The notes beneath the pieces were generated by a model, which saw only the letters and a list, made by a program, of their open reading frames with translations, made no database searches and had not been told where the DNA came from. The translations under genes and the position numbers were made by a program. A stretch of 54,530 nt of DNA, the filler included, from Sphacelaria rigidula (Eukaryota): the NCBI GenBank assembly GCA_964200075.2. It is 5 parts of 5 records of this genome, joined end to end, with 100 filler letters (N's around TTAATTAATTAA, not from the genome) between each part and the next. Parts side by side here need not be neighbours in the genome. Positions count along the whole stretch, not along the records: positions 1 to 10,828 come from CAXNAA020005845.1; positions 10,929 to 21,755 come from CAXNAA020005846.1; 3 more parts are not named here. The stretch is one strand, 5' to 3'. The first letter of the stretch is position 1, and each line of letters opens with the position of its first letter. Of this stretch, positions 1 through 11,004 are shown in pieces.

Positions 1-1348
1 AAAGTTGATCGCTGGTCCAAGGGGTATCCACGCAACTTTTGCGCCATTCCACGTGTCTGGGCTGCGTGTACCTGGGTTGCAACGCTGAAATAAAGCTTCG
101 TCACGAGTCGACTCATTATACTAAAACCAAGTAATTTCCAGACGAATCGTCATTTGTCCGACCCTTGCAATGTATCGAGCCATGTTCCAAGCACTCCGAT
201 ATGGCCCGGAAGGGTATTTCACGACAAAATATCTCTTTGGTACTTCCGCAAGTACCCGAATTCCAGCCGGGATACCGTACAGAACACAGCCTTGGAAGTT
301 TTTGACCAGTTTTGCCTTACCGTATCTCTTCGTTGGTATTGCTTTGCGGACCGGGTCTATTTTCGTCCTCACAGCGAACGCGTACGTTGACTGCACCTTG
401 CGTCGGCTATAGGAGAAGGTAAGTAGACCGACTATTATATCAACTTTGAACATGACGTTTGCGCAGATATACCTGTTTTTTCGGGGAGGGGGGGGGGGGG
501 ATTTCCCCTGTCATTTTAAACTCCTCCCCTTCCCGTGTACGAGTCCACTGTATGGAGGGGACCAAACCATTTCTCCTCCAGTAAAACAAGAAAAAATCGT
601 TTCACAATGCATCAACACTTGGCACTTTGTTGTCGCGGATTGGCTCAGCACTCCCCACACCGCATTGACTTTCAGTCAGGATTTCGTACATCACTGCAAT
701 CCTCATGTTTTCAGCGACGCAAAATAATATACTCCTCAGAAGGAGGCCGTATCTGTCCGGATGATGATCTTCCGCTCCGCCCCGACTAATTTTTATAATA
801 CTAAACCGATTGTATTTTTTTTGTTTCTTGTTAATTTTCCTTTTTTTGTCGTGTAAAGCCCATTAGTAAGCTCACAGTTACGGATCCCTGATGGATCTTG
901 AGTTATCTCTGATCTCGCGAGATCTCGAATTTTTGGGATTCAAAATTTGATCTTCAGCAGGCTTTTGGTGCCAGCACAGCGCGGGGTGTGGGACAGTATG
1001 CTCGCTCACTGATAGGTTGATTGCAAGTGTCGGACGAATAATGATTCGACTACAAATCACTCGGTTTCAATTAATAACGATTCGTCTGAAAGTTACCTGG
1101 TTTTTAGTGTAATGAATTCGTACTATGCCAACCAATCCTCGGGCTGGCTTTGTTTCCTGCGTTGCACCCCAGGTTAAGGTACGCGCAACCCATGCATGTG
1201 AAACGAGCGCATAATTTGCGTAGAGGCGTTTCTGACTCGCGGTTAATTTTCCCCCCCTATTATGTTTTCCTTTCTAGTGAGAAGGCCTCGGATATCGTAG
1301 ATTTTGGTGATTTAAACCATCAATGATCCGCCCCATCCTTGATTGATC

Positions 1349-1429
1349 TTGCTCCGTCTCGAAAGGGATGCGTGGTCAATGGTCAAATGACTAAGGCAAG
1401 CAACAAATGAGTACGCCCCCCCCTCCCCC
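1349..1429 (+). mobile_element. Short poly(C)-tailed retroposon copy with TSD
   Basis: Body CTCCGTCTCGAAAGGGATGCGTGGTCAATGGTCAAATGACTAAGGCAAGCAACAAATGAGTACG + C-run; flanked by CCCCATCCTTGATTGATC at 1331-1348 and 1430-1447. Confidence 0.85.
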
Positions 1430-1465
1430 CCCCATCCTTGATTGATCGATTGATGATTTATATGA

Positions 1466-1640
1466 TTGATTGTCGCACCTCAACTAATCCCCCAGAAGTC
1501 ACGATCCAGCCGTGGTCACTCTCCACATTATAGATATCCCCCAGGAGTCATGATCCAGCCGTGGTCATTATCCACATGATGAACATCTCCCACGAGTCAT
1601 GATCCAGTCGTGGTCATTATCCACATGATAGCTGTACCCG
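1466..1640 (-). repeat. RTE 3'-tail copy with a triplicated 49-bp unit
   Basis: GATCCAG(C/T)CGTGGTCA at 1503, 1552, 1601. Other tail copies at ~3390-3460, 5300-5370, 8100-8170, 10490-10570, 33320-33400, 39610-39680, 40820-40890, 46880-46950, 50420-50490. Confidence 0.75.
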
Positions 1641-2926
1641 AGATAATGAACCAAAATGGAAACACTCGCTGAAGAAGAGTGAAGGAAACAGAAAGGTAGA
1701 ATAGAGTATACTAAGAAAATAAAATAGAAGGGGTGGGGGCGAGAAGTACCAAAACAAAACAAAAGCAGGAAGAAGAGAAGTAGCGCATTAACCCTGTGGG
1801 GACCCTCCCCGTCCGTCCCCGGGCCAGACGCCACATTATTTCAAGCCCTGAGAGAGAAGAAAAGATGAGAACAAAAAAGACCGACGGCAACCATTTCAAC
1901 GGCGGAAGGCGACAGAAGAAATAATCCACCAGCATACGTCATGCGCGCACCAAAAATGTCACCCCGGTGCGGTCAGATTATTTTTGTCGAGTGAGGGACG
2001 CAACGCGTCAAGTTTGTACGAGTTTGTGCACGCGGCCAAGATCAGCTCTCGCGTGCCTGAAGTCTAAATAAACAAAAATCGGCACCACGTGTCTATTTTC
2101 TATATACGGAGTCCCGTGCGGCACTGGGGCATATTTTTTCACGGGTGTGAAAAACACGCCTCGGGCTAATAGTTTTGCGTGAAAGCTGTGAATACTCAAC
2201 CATATGCCGTCAACAAAATAGCACCTCAAAATCGACACTTTTTTTTACTGCCAGTACGTACCAAAAGGAAAGGGTTAAGCTCACTGAGCAGCATGTACTA
2301 CGAGAGCACTGTATCTGTAAGCGCACAAGGGTCTTTTTCAAGTCGTTTTTGAGGTGGCAGATACGGGAAACGTCGGACGTCGGCGATATGCGTCAGTTAG
2401 CTGGGGCACGGTTTAGCGTTGCGTATTTTGTGTGTGCTGTTACTCTGATGGTTGTTCTTGTTTTGCGCACAATATGCGAGTCAAATAGGTCACAGGTCGA
2501 ACGAACAGTGATTCGTGTTGAAGTACAGTAGCTTGGCTTTAGTTTAATCGATTCGTACCGTAAGAATCAATCCTCGGGAGCATTTTTGTCAGTGTTGTAC
2601 TACCGCAGGTTAAGGTACGCGCACCCCGGGCACGTGAAGATATTGGCGCAAAAAAATCGTTTGAGACTTTATTTATCCGCGATCAACTTTTTTTTTTTTT
2701 TGATTGTGTCCGTTTTTCGAGCAACCAGGCTTCGAAAATCTTAGACTGGGCGAGATTTCCGAACCAGCGATGACTCGTCCGACCCCTTTCAACAGTTGCC
2801 GCCGCGTTCGACTCAGGGCTGTTGTTTTGATAGTCGCCGTTCCTTGCCTCCTGTTTTTTGCTTCCTCCTTGAAAGTACCATCACTCACACTATTATATGT
2901 TATCACGAATTCTCACCGCGCCAACC

Positions 2927-3162
2927 ATTGCACGGTTCAGACGAATCATCGCCGGTTCGAATAACCAAATTCACGATTTCTCAGGCCTGATTGCTCGAAA
3001 GAGGGGGGAAAAGTCAACCGCTGGTCAAGCAGGTCTCCACGCAACGCTTGCGCGTACCTGGGTTGCAACGCTGAAAACAAAGCGTAAGGATTGATTCGTA
3101 TCAATCACACTGAAATCAAGTAATTTTCGGATGAATCATAAATTCGTCCGACCCTTGAACCA
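2927..3162. mobile_element. ~250-300-bp MITE family (TIR approximately TTGCAAGGGTCGGACGAAT)
   Basis: Ends ATTCGTCCGACCCTTG; core GCGTACCTGGGTTGCAACGCTGAAA. Other copies at 1-171, ~1020-1330, ~2490-2795, ~40100-40325, 43706-43841, ~51125-51345. Confidence 0.8.
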
Positions 3163-4469
3163 TTGCACACGCCGGGCAGCTCATGAGCTACCTGAATATT
3201 ACTTGTTATTAGTGTACTTACTGATCCGGATCAGCTCATGTGGCTGCTTTTCCCATATTTGTTCCCTGCAGCGCTGGACGCCGACCACGCGTAGTAGCAT
3301 AAATGTAGCGCTTTGACTTCTCGGACCCTGCTGTCACGTAGTTTTTGTTGTCGGATAAGGGATCTGACAGTCCCCTTTTTTCAATTTTCATTGATTGTCG
3401 CACTTTAACTGACCACCCATGGGTCCAGTCGTTGTCGCATGATGGACGTAACCAAGCAAGACTGAAACACTCGTTCAAGAAAACGAAGGAGCAGAAAAAA
3501 TTCAAACAGAACGGCATAGTAGACTATAATAAGACGTTAAAAAAATAAAAACGAGAAAGAAAGAAAGAAAATCAATAGAAGCAAAGCACAGGAAGAGATG
3601 GCCGACCTAAAAAAATAAAAAGAAGAAAAAAGAAGAAAAGGAGCAGGAAAAAAAAATGGAATAAAATGATTCGAAAACAAGAAAAAAATAAGGGATTGAG
3701 GGCAGCATTCGACTAGTTATTTTGGGTATTAATAGCTCATGAGCTGTCCGATGTGTGAACCATTGTAAACGACTTACTGACAGAGGCAAACGCGCGCGCA
3801 CACAGACACATACACAAATCTCCGTAGACCTGCAAGCAATATATATAAATATATATATATATTTATATTTATACCAGTCTATTTCCCGAGTCGTGTCGGG
3901 AACATATTTTCGTTCATGTACCTTTTTTCTCCGTACAGTTGTTTCGTGTGTGTATGTGTGTGTGTTTTCCCTTCAACTGTACCCGTTCTGTGTCAGTTTT
4001 ATGTTTCCGTTTTGTGTATGATACCTTGCGGTACGTCTATGCCTTTTGTGACCGCGGCGGGATCTGTCGCGAACCAGTTCATTTGCGACCATCACGCCGC
4101 GTCTTGGCAAATCATGTTTCGATCGAAAAGGTGCGGTGGGAAACATAAAAATCCGATCTGATAGGTTGTGATTTTCAGCCCAGAATAAGATGTAGATGAA
4201 ATCATGACTTATCACATCGGAATTCTCCTTTTCCACTTCATTTTTTCCGGGGGTCATTTTCTAGGGAGGGTCATTTTCTAGGGGATCAGTAAAAGTTCGA
4301 CAACCAATCAATCAAATCAATCAAATTGTTCTCGATCGAAAAATAATGTGCTACCGTAAGACACGCCCTCAAACTATCAGTCAATTATATCATAACATTG
4401 CGGTAATTTGTTCAACACTCTCTGGGTTGGCTTGGTCCTGTGTGCTTGGTCCCGGCTTTGTAGGGGCGG

Positions 4470-4985
4470 ATCCCTGATGGGTTTGGCGTCGGTTGGCGAT
4501 GACGCTACAAAACACGACACTCACTGCGTACGCTGGGCAACCAGGTTACCGATTTTTTTTCCGCGCTCACGTTTTTTGGCGGTAACCATGACGGTAGCCG
4601 AGCTGGATCATCTTAGGCGGCGTGGGAGAACCTCTACTCCGCGCAAAGGGGATGGTCGTACTATGTAGTGTTTACATGGTGAGGCACCCATGAGGTAGTG
4701 TATGAGCAGCGGCTGTCTCTGGAAGTGGCGATACCAGGAAATGAAGCAACTCATTGGAGGCAGTCATCCAAATGCAAGATAATCAGTACGCTTCGGGCCG
4801 AACAGTCGTGGCAGGATGCAGCTCACCCTTCTTGCGACTCGCCGAACACACCACGGTGCTTCGCGCTTGGTGATCGAGTGCGAGCCTGGTCCGTCGAAAA
4901 CCCGGCGTACTCCGTTCCGGCTTTCTAGAGACGCGAGGTCAATGGTCATATGACTATGGCATGCATGATCATGAGTACACCCCCT
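4470..4985 (+). mobile_element. ~510-bp interspersed element sharing the 3' end of the poly(C) retroposon
   Basis: Aligns with 41520-41935 (+), 46990-47462 (-) and 32781-32850; ends GGTCAATGGTCATATGACTATGGCATGCATGATCATGAGTACACCCCC. Confidence 0.8.
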
Positions 4986-5739
4986 GGGATGGATTATGGG
5001 CTGTTTTCAGCACTACAATAAGTGCGGGTCCCAGAACAATGTGGTCAAATTCACTTTTGTCACAAGTCCAGGTCGCTGTATGTACTAATATCAAGTGATT
5101 GCAAGTATTGTCCGGGGTCCCGGCATAGTGCGGTCATGCCCGGACTGGCAGCCCACCTGCTATGCTGGGACCCCTATTTGTCGTATACCATCCCGTGTAA
5201 ATATCACCCTTGAATGATACAGCTTCGCTGCCCGAAAGGTCATTACCCGGGGGTATTCTTAATGCTATCTGATGTACGTTAAATGGATTGGTTCGTTGTT
5301 CGATTGGTTGTCACACATTAATTGATTCGCGAAGAATCCAGCCGTGATCACAAAACGTCCTGTACCACGAAGTTTTTGTGAAGGGAAACAAACTCGATGA
5401 AGAGAGGGAGGCAACCATTGAAGATGTTAGAAAAAAGGAAATTAACAGACTAAAAACCTGAAAGTAGTAAAGAACCTCCCCTCCCCTCTCCCCCCATGCT
5501 CCGTCTCGAAAGAGATGCGTGATCAACGGGCCAAACGACCATTGATTGATTGATTATCTCACATTAGCTGATTGCAACAATCCAGCCCTTGGTCAGGAGC
5601 TACAAGAAAAGAGCAGAATAAGAAAGGAGGAAAGGGGCAGAAAAAGACAGCAGCAACAGCCACAGAAAGGAAAGAAGGAAGGACGCAGCGACAACAACAG
5701 CAGCAATAACAAAAACAACACACATACAAACACTACGCG

Positions 5740-6362
5740 ATGATTATCTCGCATTACGTAGCTGATTGCAACAATCGAGCTCGTGATCAGAAATGAAAAA
5801 AAATGAGAAAAATGAAAGAAAAATGTAAAATAGAAGAATAGAACGTAGACGAACGAACACAAAAGACAAAAAGACAGAGCCAGGCTCGTTCCCGAGGGGG
5901 GGGGAGCACAGACAAAACAAAAAACAGACGAGGATTCACCTGGAACAAGAGGTCAGCAAATCAGAAACGAGAACCAAACACAAAGCTTTGTATACCTGGC
6001 GTAGGCTATGACTAGTTGGTGTTGGTCCGTGCATCTTGGCCTGCAGCGTTCGCGTGCCGTATCGCTGTCTCTGCGTCATCCTTTTGGCACCAGTCCGCCA
6101 TAAACCTTTCTGCTTCCTGTTCAACACAGCTGTGCCTCTCTACTGCACTCAAGGCTCTAGTAGTCCATCCCTACCATTCGATACCGAACGCCTCCAGGTC
6201 TTCCACTAGGCAGCGGATCCAGTCCTTGTTCCTGCCGTTAACCTTCCGTCATTGCCCCTTTACGACTGTTATTTCACCGAACATGAAGTTTCGGTATCCG
6301 TCCTGGTGACCAGCGTGTGACGAAACCGACGACGTGGAGTCTGCTCTTCCACACCGTCATGA
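5740..6362 (-). mobile_element. 5'-truncated RTE LINE 3' fragment (second subfamily)
   Basis: Minus strand reads TVWKSRLHVVGFVTR..RIPKL/MFGEI..KDWIRCLVEDLEAFGI, an RTE C-terminus with stops and a frameshift. It is followed by a T-rich UTR and tail CTGATCACGAGCT..TTGCAATCAGCTACGT..GAGATAATCATC; the same tail occurs at ~5550-5600 and 35799-35860. Confidence 0.8.
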
Positions 6363-6434
6363 CAGAACGTGGTCTGTGCGATTGACTATGGCAAGCAACA
6401 AACGAGTACCCCCCGCCCCCCCCCCCCGAGAAAC

Positions 6435-6504
6435 GCGGTGCTCCGTCTCGAAAGGCATGCGTGGTCACTGGTCAAACGACTAAGGCAAGCAAAAAATGAG
6501 TACG
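6435..6504 (+). mobile_element. Poly(C)-tailed retroposon copy inserted at the C-tail of an older copy (6370-6427)
   Basis: Same body; flanked by CCCCCGAGAAAC at 6423-6434 and 6505-6516. Confidence 0.85.
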
Positions 6505-6629
6505 CCCCCGAGAAACATCATACTACAGTAAGATATAGTAGAACAAGTACTTACGGATCTCTAGAGAAGTAAATGTTCCGATATTTCATATCGTTCCCTC
6601 TTTTTTTGCGCCACCCCTCGAAAATGCAG

Positions 6630-6790
6630 GGCTGGGCAGACGCCTCCCTCCGCGCTGGACTGCCATACTACCCAAAGCTATTGGTTGGGGTACCTTTTAC
6701 GCCGGCGGGAGGCGCGAGAGTTTTGATAGCTCCGTCGCTAGACAAAAGCACGCAAGAGAGTGTTCGAGTAACGGTGGCCGTGTTTTTAAG
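6630..6790 (+). CDS. Internal exon of FemAB-like (DUF482/PF04339-type) GNAT-family protein
   Basis: Pyrimidine tract + TGCAG acceptor at 6629, AG|GTATGC donor at 6791. Peptide GWADASLRAGLPYYPKLLVGVPFTPAGGARVLI matches the family signature WAxA-x5-YYPKL-x3-PFTP-x2-G-R. Flanking exons not found in this contig. Confidence 0.8.
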
Positions 6791-7123
6791 GTATGCAATA
6801 TGCCGCCGTCCCCCGATGGTTTAGCTGGTGCAGTGGTATCGTACCACACTATGGACGAATGATTTCAATTTCCAAAAAAATGTACTGCGTACAGTATGGA
6901 ATCTATCATCTACGAGTTTTGCAGTAGACGCAATGATCGATACTTCCTGCAGTACACTTTATGGGAAGTAAATATATTGTCATTATCCAGGGTGTGTGTT
7001 GATTGTACCCGTTTAGGGCTCAAGGTGGCAGGGTCGAGCCGAACCCCGTCATTCGTTTCGTTCGCTAGTTCGCTCGCTCGCTCATTTTTTTTTTTCCGAG
7101 CAGAATCTGGTGTCCGTCCTTGA

Positions 7124-7642
7124 ACATGTTAGGGGACGTACGTAACAAGGAATAGACCGACGGGAGATGACGGGGTGTGGTAATAATAGGCTCTCTTCAA
7201 AAATCAGTTTCAACGCCGAAATGGTGCTTTCCATGACGTGAAGTCATGACAAACGACTTTCATATGGACGACCTCATATGCCCTCCGACCTCCCCGAAAC
7301 GTTTTTTGGGGGGGTTCCCGTTTCCCCAAAGGGTAAGGGTATATACGAAAGCACCATTTTCGGGCTAGAAGCGTTGCTTTTTTCCCCCCCGAAATACCGG
7401 AATAGAGGCAAAGTGGGGCTTCCGTACATTCCTTTCAAGGGAGGGGAAGGCGGGAAGCCCCCGAAATTAGGTTCAGGGGGGTAGGGGGGCGTGAGGTTAT
7501 CAACATGAAATGTCATTTGTCATGACTTTAGGTCAGGGAAAAGGCACTGTTTTGGAGTTGGAAACTCATTTTTGATGCTCAACCTCATTTCCGAAGATAG
7601 TTTGTTTGGTGTTGGTGTAGTCCTCGATACATTCCAACATGT
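7124..7642. mobile_element. Foldback/long-TIR element
   Basis: 7195-7300 (CAAAAATCAGTTT..AAGTCATGACAAACGAC..TTCAT) is the diverged reverse complement of 7470-7578; outer ACATGTT/AACATGT. Confidence 0.7.
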
Positions 7643-7761
7643 CGGGCAGGTGTGGGGGGAAGAAGGTGGATTGATTGGTCCGACCTCTTGAGACTATGGA
7701 TTCGCCGGGAGGAAGAGGACGGGTTAAATAAATTAAAGTAAAGCAAAGAAAATGAAAGAAT

Positions 7762-7892
7762 TTATGTATGTATGTATGTATCTATCTATCTATCTACGTA
7801 TGTATGTATGTATGCATGTATGTATGTATGTATTATTACTATTACTACTATTTCGGCACATTAGTCCGATTTATATATATATATATATATAT
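7762..7892. repeat. Compound microsatellite (TATG)n/(TATC)n/(TTA)n/(TA)n
   Basis: Direct reading. Confidence 0.9.
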
Positions 7893-8694
7893 GTTTATGC
7901 GTACTGGTTGCGAGTTTTGCGAAATCTTCTGACGATCCATGATTTGTTACCCGTGTTCTGTTTGTTCGGGGGGATTTTGGCGAAGGTTCCGATGATCCTT
8001 GACACTGTCTGTTGTCATATTCCAACGTGTGAACACGCACTGTTGATTGGTCGATTGATTGATTTGATTGATTGATCTGATTGGTTGATTGGCCGATTGA
8101 TTGACTGTCGCACATGAAGTGATCCACGAGGGACTCAGCCGTGGTCATTATCCACAATGTAGACGTACGTAGAGGAAGTAAAAAAACGGAAGCGAGACGG
8201 GAAACAAGACGGGAGCTCTCGCTAAAGAATGAAGAGAAGAGTGAAGAAAAATCGAGAGGACAAGACCATAATGAGGGAGTGAACTGAGGAAGCAAAAACA
8301 AACCAGAATCAAAATCCAAGAACAAAATATAGAACAAAACAAAAAATGTAAAGAGAAGCACGCAGGGAATGGAACAGAATGAAATGAACTGAACTTAGAA
8401 GTAACAGAACGAAAAACTTCCTGCGTGGACGTGGAAGGGTGTACCCCGAAAGAACAGCGTGAGGTGTAATCCCCGTCAATTCATTCTAAACGCCCACGAG
8501 GAAGCGGAAGTGCTGGAACCGCCATGGCACTATCAAGTGAAGTACCTGGTTGCGCTTCCAGTCTTTGGGACCCCGGGTCGTCGGTTCCGGAGACGTTTTA
8601 CACCCTGGACAATGCGTGGTTAATAGTTGCAGTAGAAAAATGTACTGGGTAAAGTATTGGCCTATTGCAACTTTTGCCGATCCCCGGACAAGAT

Positions 8695-8711
8695 CCTCCG
8701 ACATGAGTACG

Positions 8712-8745
<34 letters not shown>

Positions 8746-8893
8746 AGGCCGACGCCGGCGAACAACAAAAAAAAAAAAAAAACAAACAAAATATAGTGAC
8801 AACACAACCAAANNNNNNNNNNCTTTTTCACTTTTTTCTCCCCCCCCCCCAAACACCCCCCAAACGGAGACCCGCCCCCCCCCCCCCCTCCCC
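8695..8893 (+). mobile_element. Very short poly(C)-tailed retroposon copy (tail region garbled around an N gap)
   Basis: ATGAGTACG + long C-run; flanked by CCCCGGACAAGAT at 8682-8694 and 8894-8906. Confidence 0.6.
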
Positions 8894-9186
8894 CCCCGGA
8901 CAAGATGTGGTTGACAGTTGCAATAGAAAAAAATTGTACCGCATACAGTAGTATAGGCCTACTGCAACTAATGTCGGGCCGATTGTCCAGGGCGTGAAAC
9001 TATGATCGTGGGATGGAAGAAATGAACAAGTTCTAGTGACTCAGTTGAGATCCATGTTGCTCTGCGATGGAGCTTCTGTTTTGCCTGCCTAACGGCACGT
9101 TCCACCGTATATGATAGATTGCTTGATAGGTTTGATTTGTGCGTGTGTTTTCCACATCCTGGAAAACGACAAAGGATTACGTGATC

Positions 9187-9876
9187 AAAAAATGTATTGC
9201 GTACAGTATGGAATATGTTGTCTATTGCAGTAGACGCAATAGTCGGTACTGTACCCAGTACGCTTTTTTACAATGTAATGTATTGTCATTATCCAGGGTT
9301 ATCTGTTGCAATAGACGCAATGTTTGATACTGTACGCAGTACATTTTTTGACAATGATATCAATTGTCATTATCCAGGGTTGTCTATTGCAATAGACGCA
9401 ATAGTCGATACTGTACCCAGTACACTTTTTGACAATGATATCAAATGTCATTATCCAGGGTTGTCTATTGCAATAGACGCAATAGTCGATACTGTACCCA
9501 GTACACTTTTTGACAATGGTATCAATTGTCCTTATCCACGGTTGTCTATTGCAGTAGACGCAATAGTCGATACTGTACCCAGTACACTTTTTTGACAATG
9601 GAATGTAATCGTCGTTATCCAGGGTTGTATATTGCAATAGACGCAACAGTCAATACTGTACGTAGTACACTTTTTTGACAATGGAATGTAATCGTCGTTA
9701 TCCAGGGTTGTATATTACAATAGACGCAATAGTCAATACTGTACGTAGTACACTTTTTTTACAATGCAATGTAATTGTCATTACCCAGGGTTGTATATTG
9801 CAACAGACGCAGTAGTCGATACTGTACGCAGTACACTTTTTGACAAAAGCAATCTGTTGTCATTATCCAGCGTGTG
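9187..9876. repeat. Tandem array of ~8 units of 81-83 bp derived from a MITE arm
   Basis: Anchor TTA(T/C)CCA at 9289, 9370, 9451, 9532, 9615, 9698, 9781, 9863; single-unit relative at 6875-6997. Confidence 0.93.
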
Positions 9877-10107
9877 AGTTTTCGTCCCATTCATTCTGGA
9901 CGCCCACGCCTACACCGTCCGGTGTACGTCAACGCACCAGCTGGGGTCACAGAGGACCTTCTTTGTCCTCCGCCTTTCTTCTGCGGCGATTGAGTTTGAA
10001 AAGTAAGCTCAACGGCAACAAATTCAGCCCGTGGTCGCCATATGGTGGATATGGATTGTATATTTGACCATGGAGCATAAGCGGCACTCTTAGCCACGCC
10101 GGAATGC

Positions 10108-10375
10108 GTATCGAACACTCCGGTATGGTCCGGAAGGGTAGTCACCGATAGAAGGTTTATTTTTGTACTTTCGTAGATGCTGTACTGTACCCGAATTTCG
10201 GCCGGTATACTCCACAGAACACAGCCTTGGTTTCTTTTTTGCCGCTGATACATGTACTGAGTACTTCGGGTAACCAGGGGTATCGGCTCCCTAAAATACT
10301 GGGTGCTCCAGGTATCAAAGGGACACACTGTCGAAAATACTCGGTATCGTAGAATACCACCCACGGTATCGATAG
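10108..10375. repeat. Interspersed GTAC-rich repeat (probable MITE)
   Basis: ATGGTCCGGAAGGGTA..TACCCGAATT..ACAGAACACAGCCTTGG shared with 172-310 and, inverted, with 39695-39810. Confidence 0.6.
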
Positions 10376-10828
10376 CCAAATATACTCATTTTTTATCATT
10401 TTTTTTCTTTTCCCAGTGTGCTCTCTTTGTCTGTTGTACCTTTTCTGTTTTCTTCACCTTCCTTCAGCGAGTGGTTCAGTTTTGTGTTGTCTTGGGTACG
10501 TCCATCATGTGACCACGGCTGGATCCCTGGGGGGTCAGTTAAAGTGCGGCAAGCCCATCAATCGATCAAACTCAGTATTACAGTGTCCCTAGGGCATTGG
10601 AATGCAAAAATACCCGACTTGGTACCCTAGACCACCTCAACGCCCCACCTGTGATGATATATACTCGCAGCTACATGTGCGATTTTGTTTCTCGTTCTGC
10701 GGTTGGAATTTTTTTCGTAATGATCTCGAGTTACGTTTTTTTTTTTTTTTTTTTTGTTGTTTTTTTTTTCAGTCGATTAGTTGAATCATTTATCGAAGCA
10801 CTTGAACTTGTCCCCCCCGGATTTAGCC

Positions 10829-10928
10829 NNNNNNNNNNNNNNNNNNNNNNNNNNNNNNNNNNNNNNNNNNNNTTAATTAATTAANNNNNNNNNNNNNNNN
10901 NNNNNNNNNNNNNNNNNNNNNNNNNNNN
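10829..10928. other. Artificial 100-bp contig linker (N44-TTAATTAATTAA-N44)
   Basis: 44 N, TTAATTAATTAA at 10873-10884 (stops in all six frames), 44 N. Confidence 0.97.
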
Positions 10929-10996
10929 GAATCGAACCCCACAACCCAACCATCAGAAGGTTACGAGGTTACCAACTGAGACACCGGGGCGACCGG
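10929..10996 (-). mobile_element. SINE tRNA-like head, cut by the contig start
   Basis: Near-identical to 46748-46815. Confidence 0.8.
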
Positions 10997-11004
10997 CATC
11001 GTAT

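Noticed and set aside
1351-1415. Self-cleaving ribozyme in the poly(C) element
   Set aside because: No hammerhead, HDV, twister or pistol core recognisable by eye
9187-9876. CRISPR-like array or 27-aa repeat protein (ORFs 9197-9595, 9299-9646)
   Set aside because: Whole units repeat with no unique spacers and no cas genes are present; units shift to 83 bp and break the frame, so the ORFs are by-products
10873-10884. Recurrent TTAATTAATTAA as a biological motif
   Set aside because: Always centred in 44+44 N; it is an artificial six-frame stop linker
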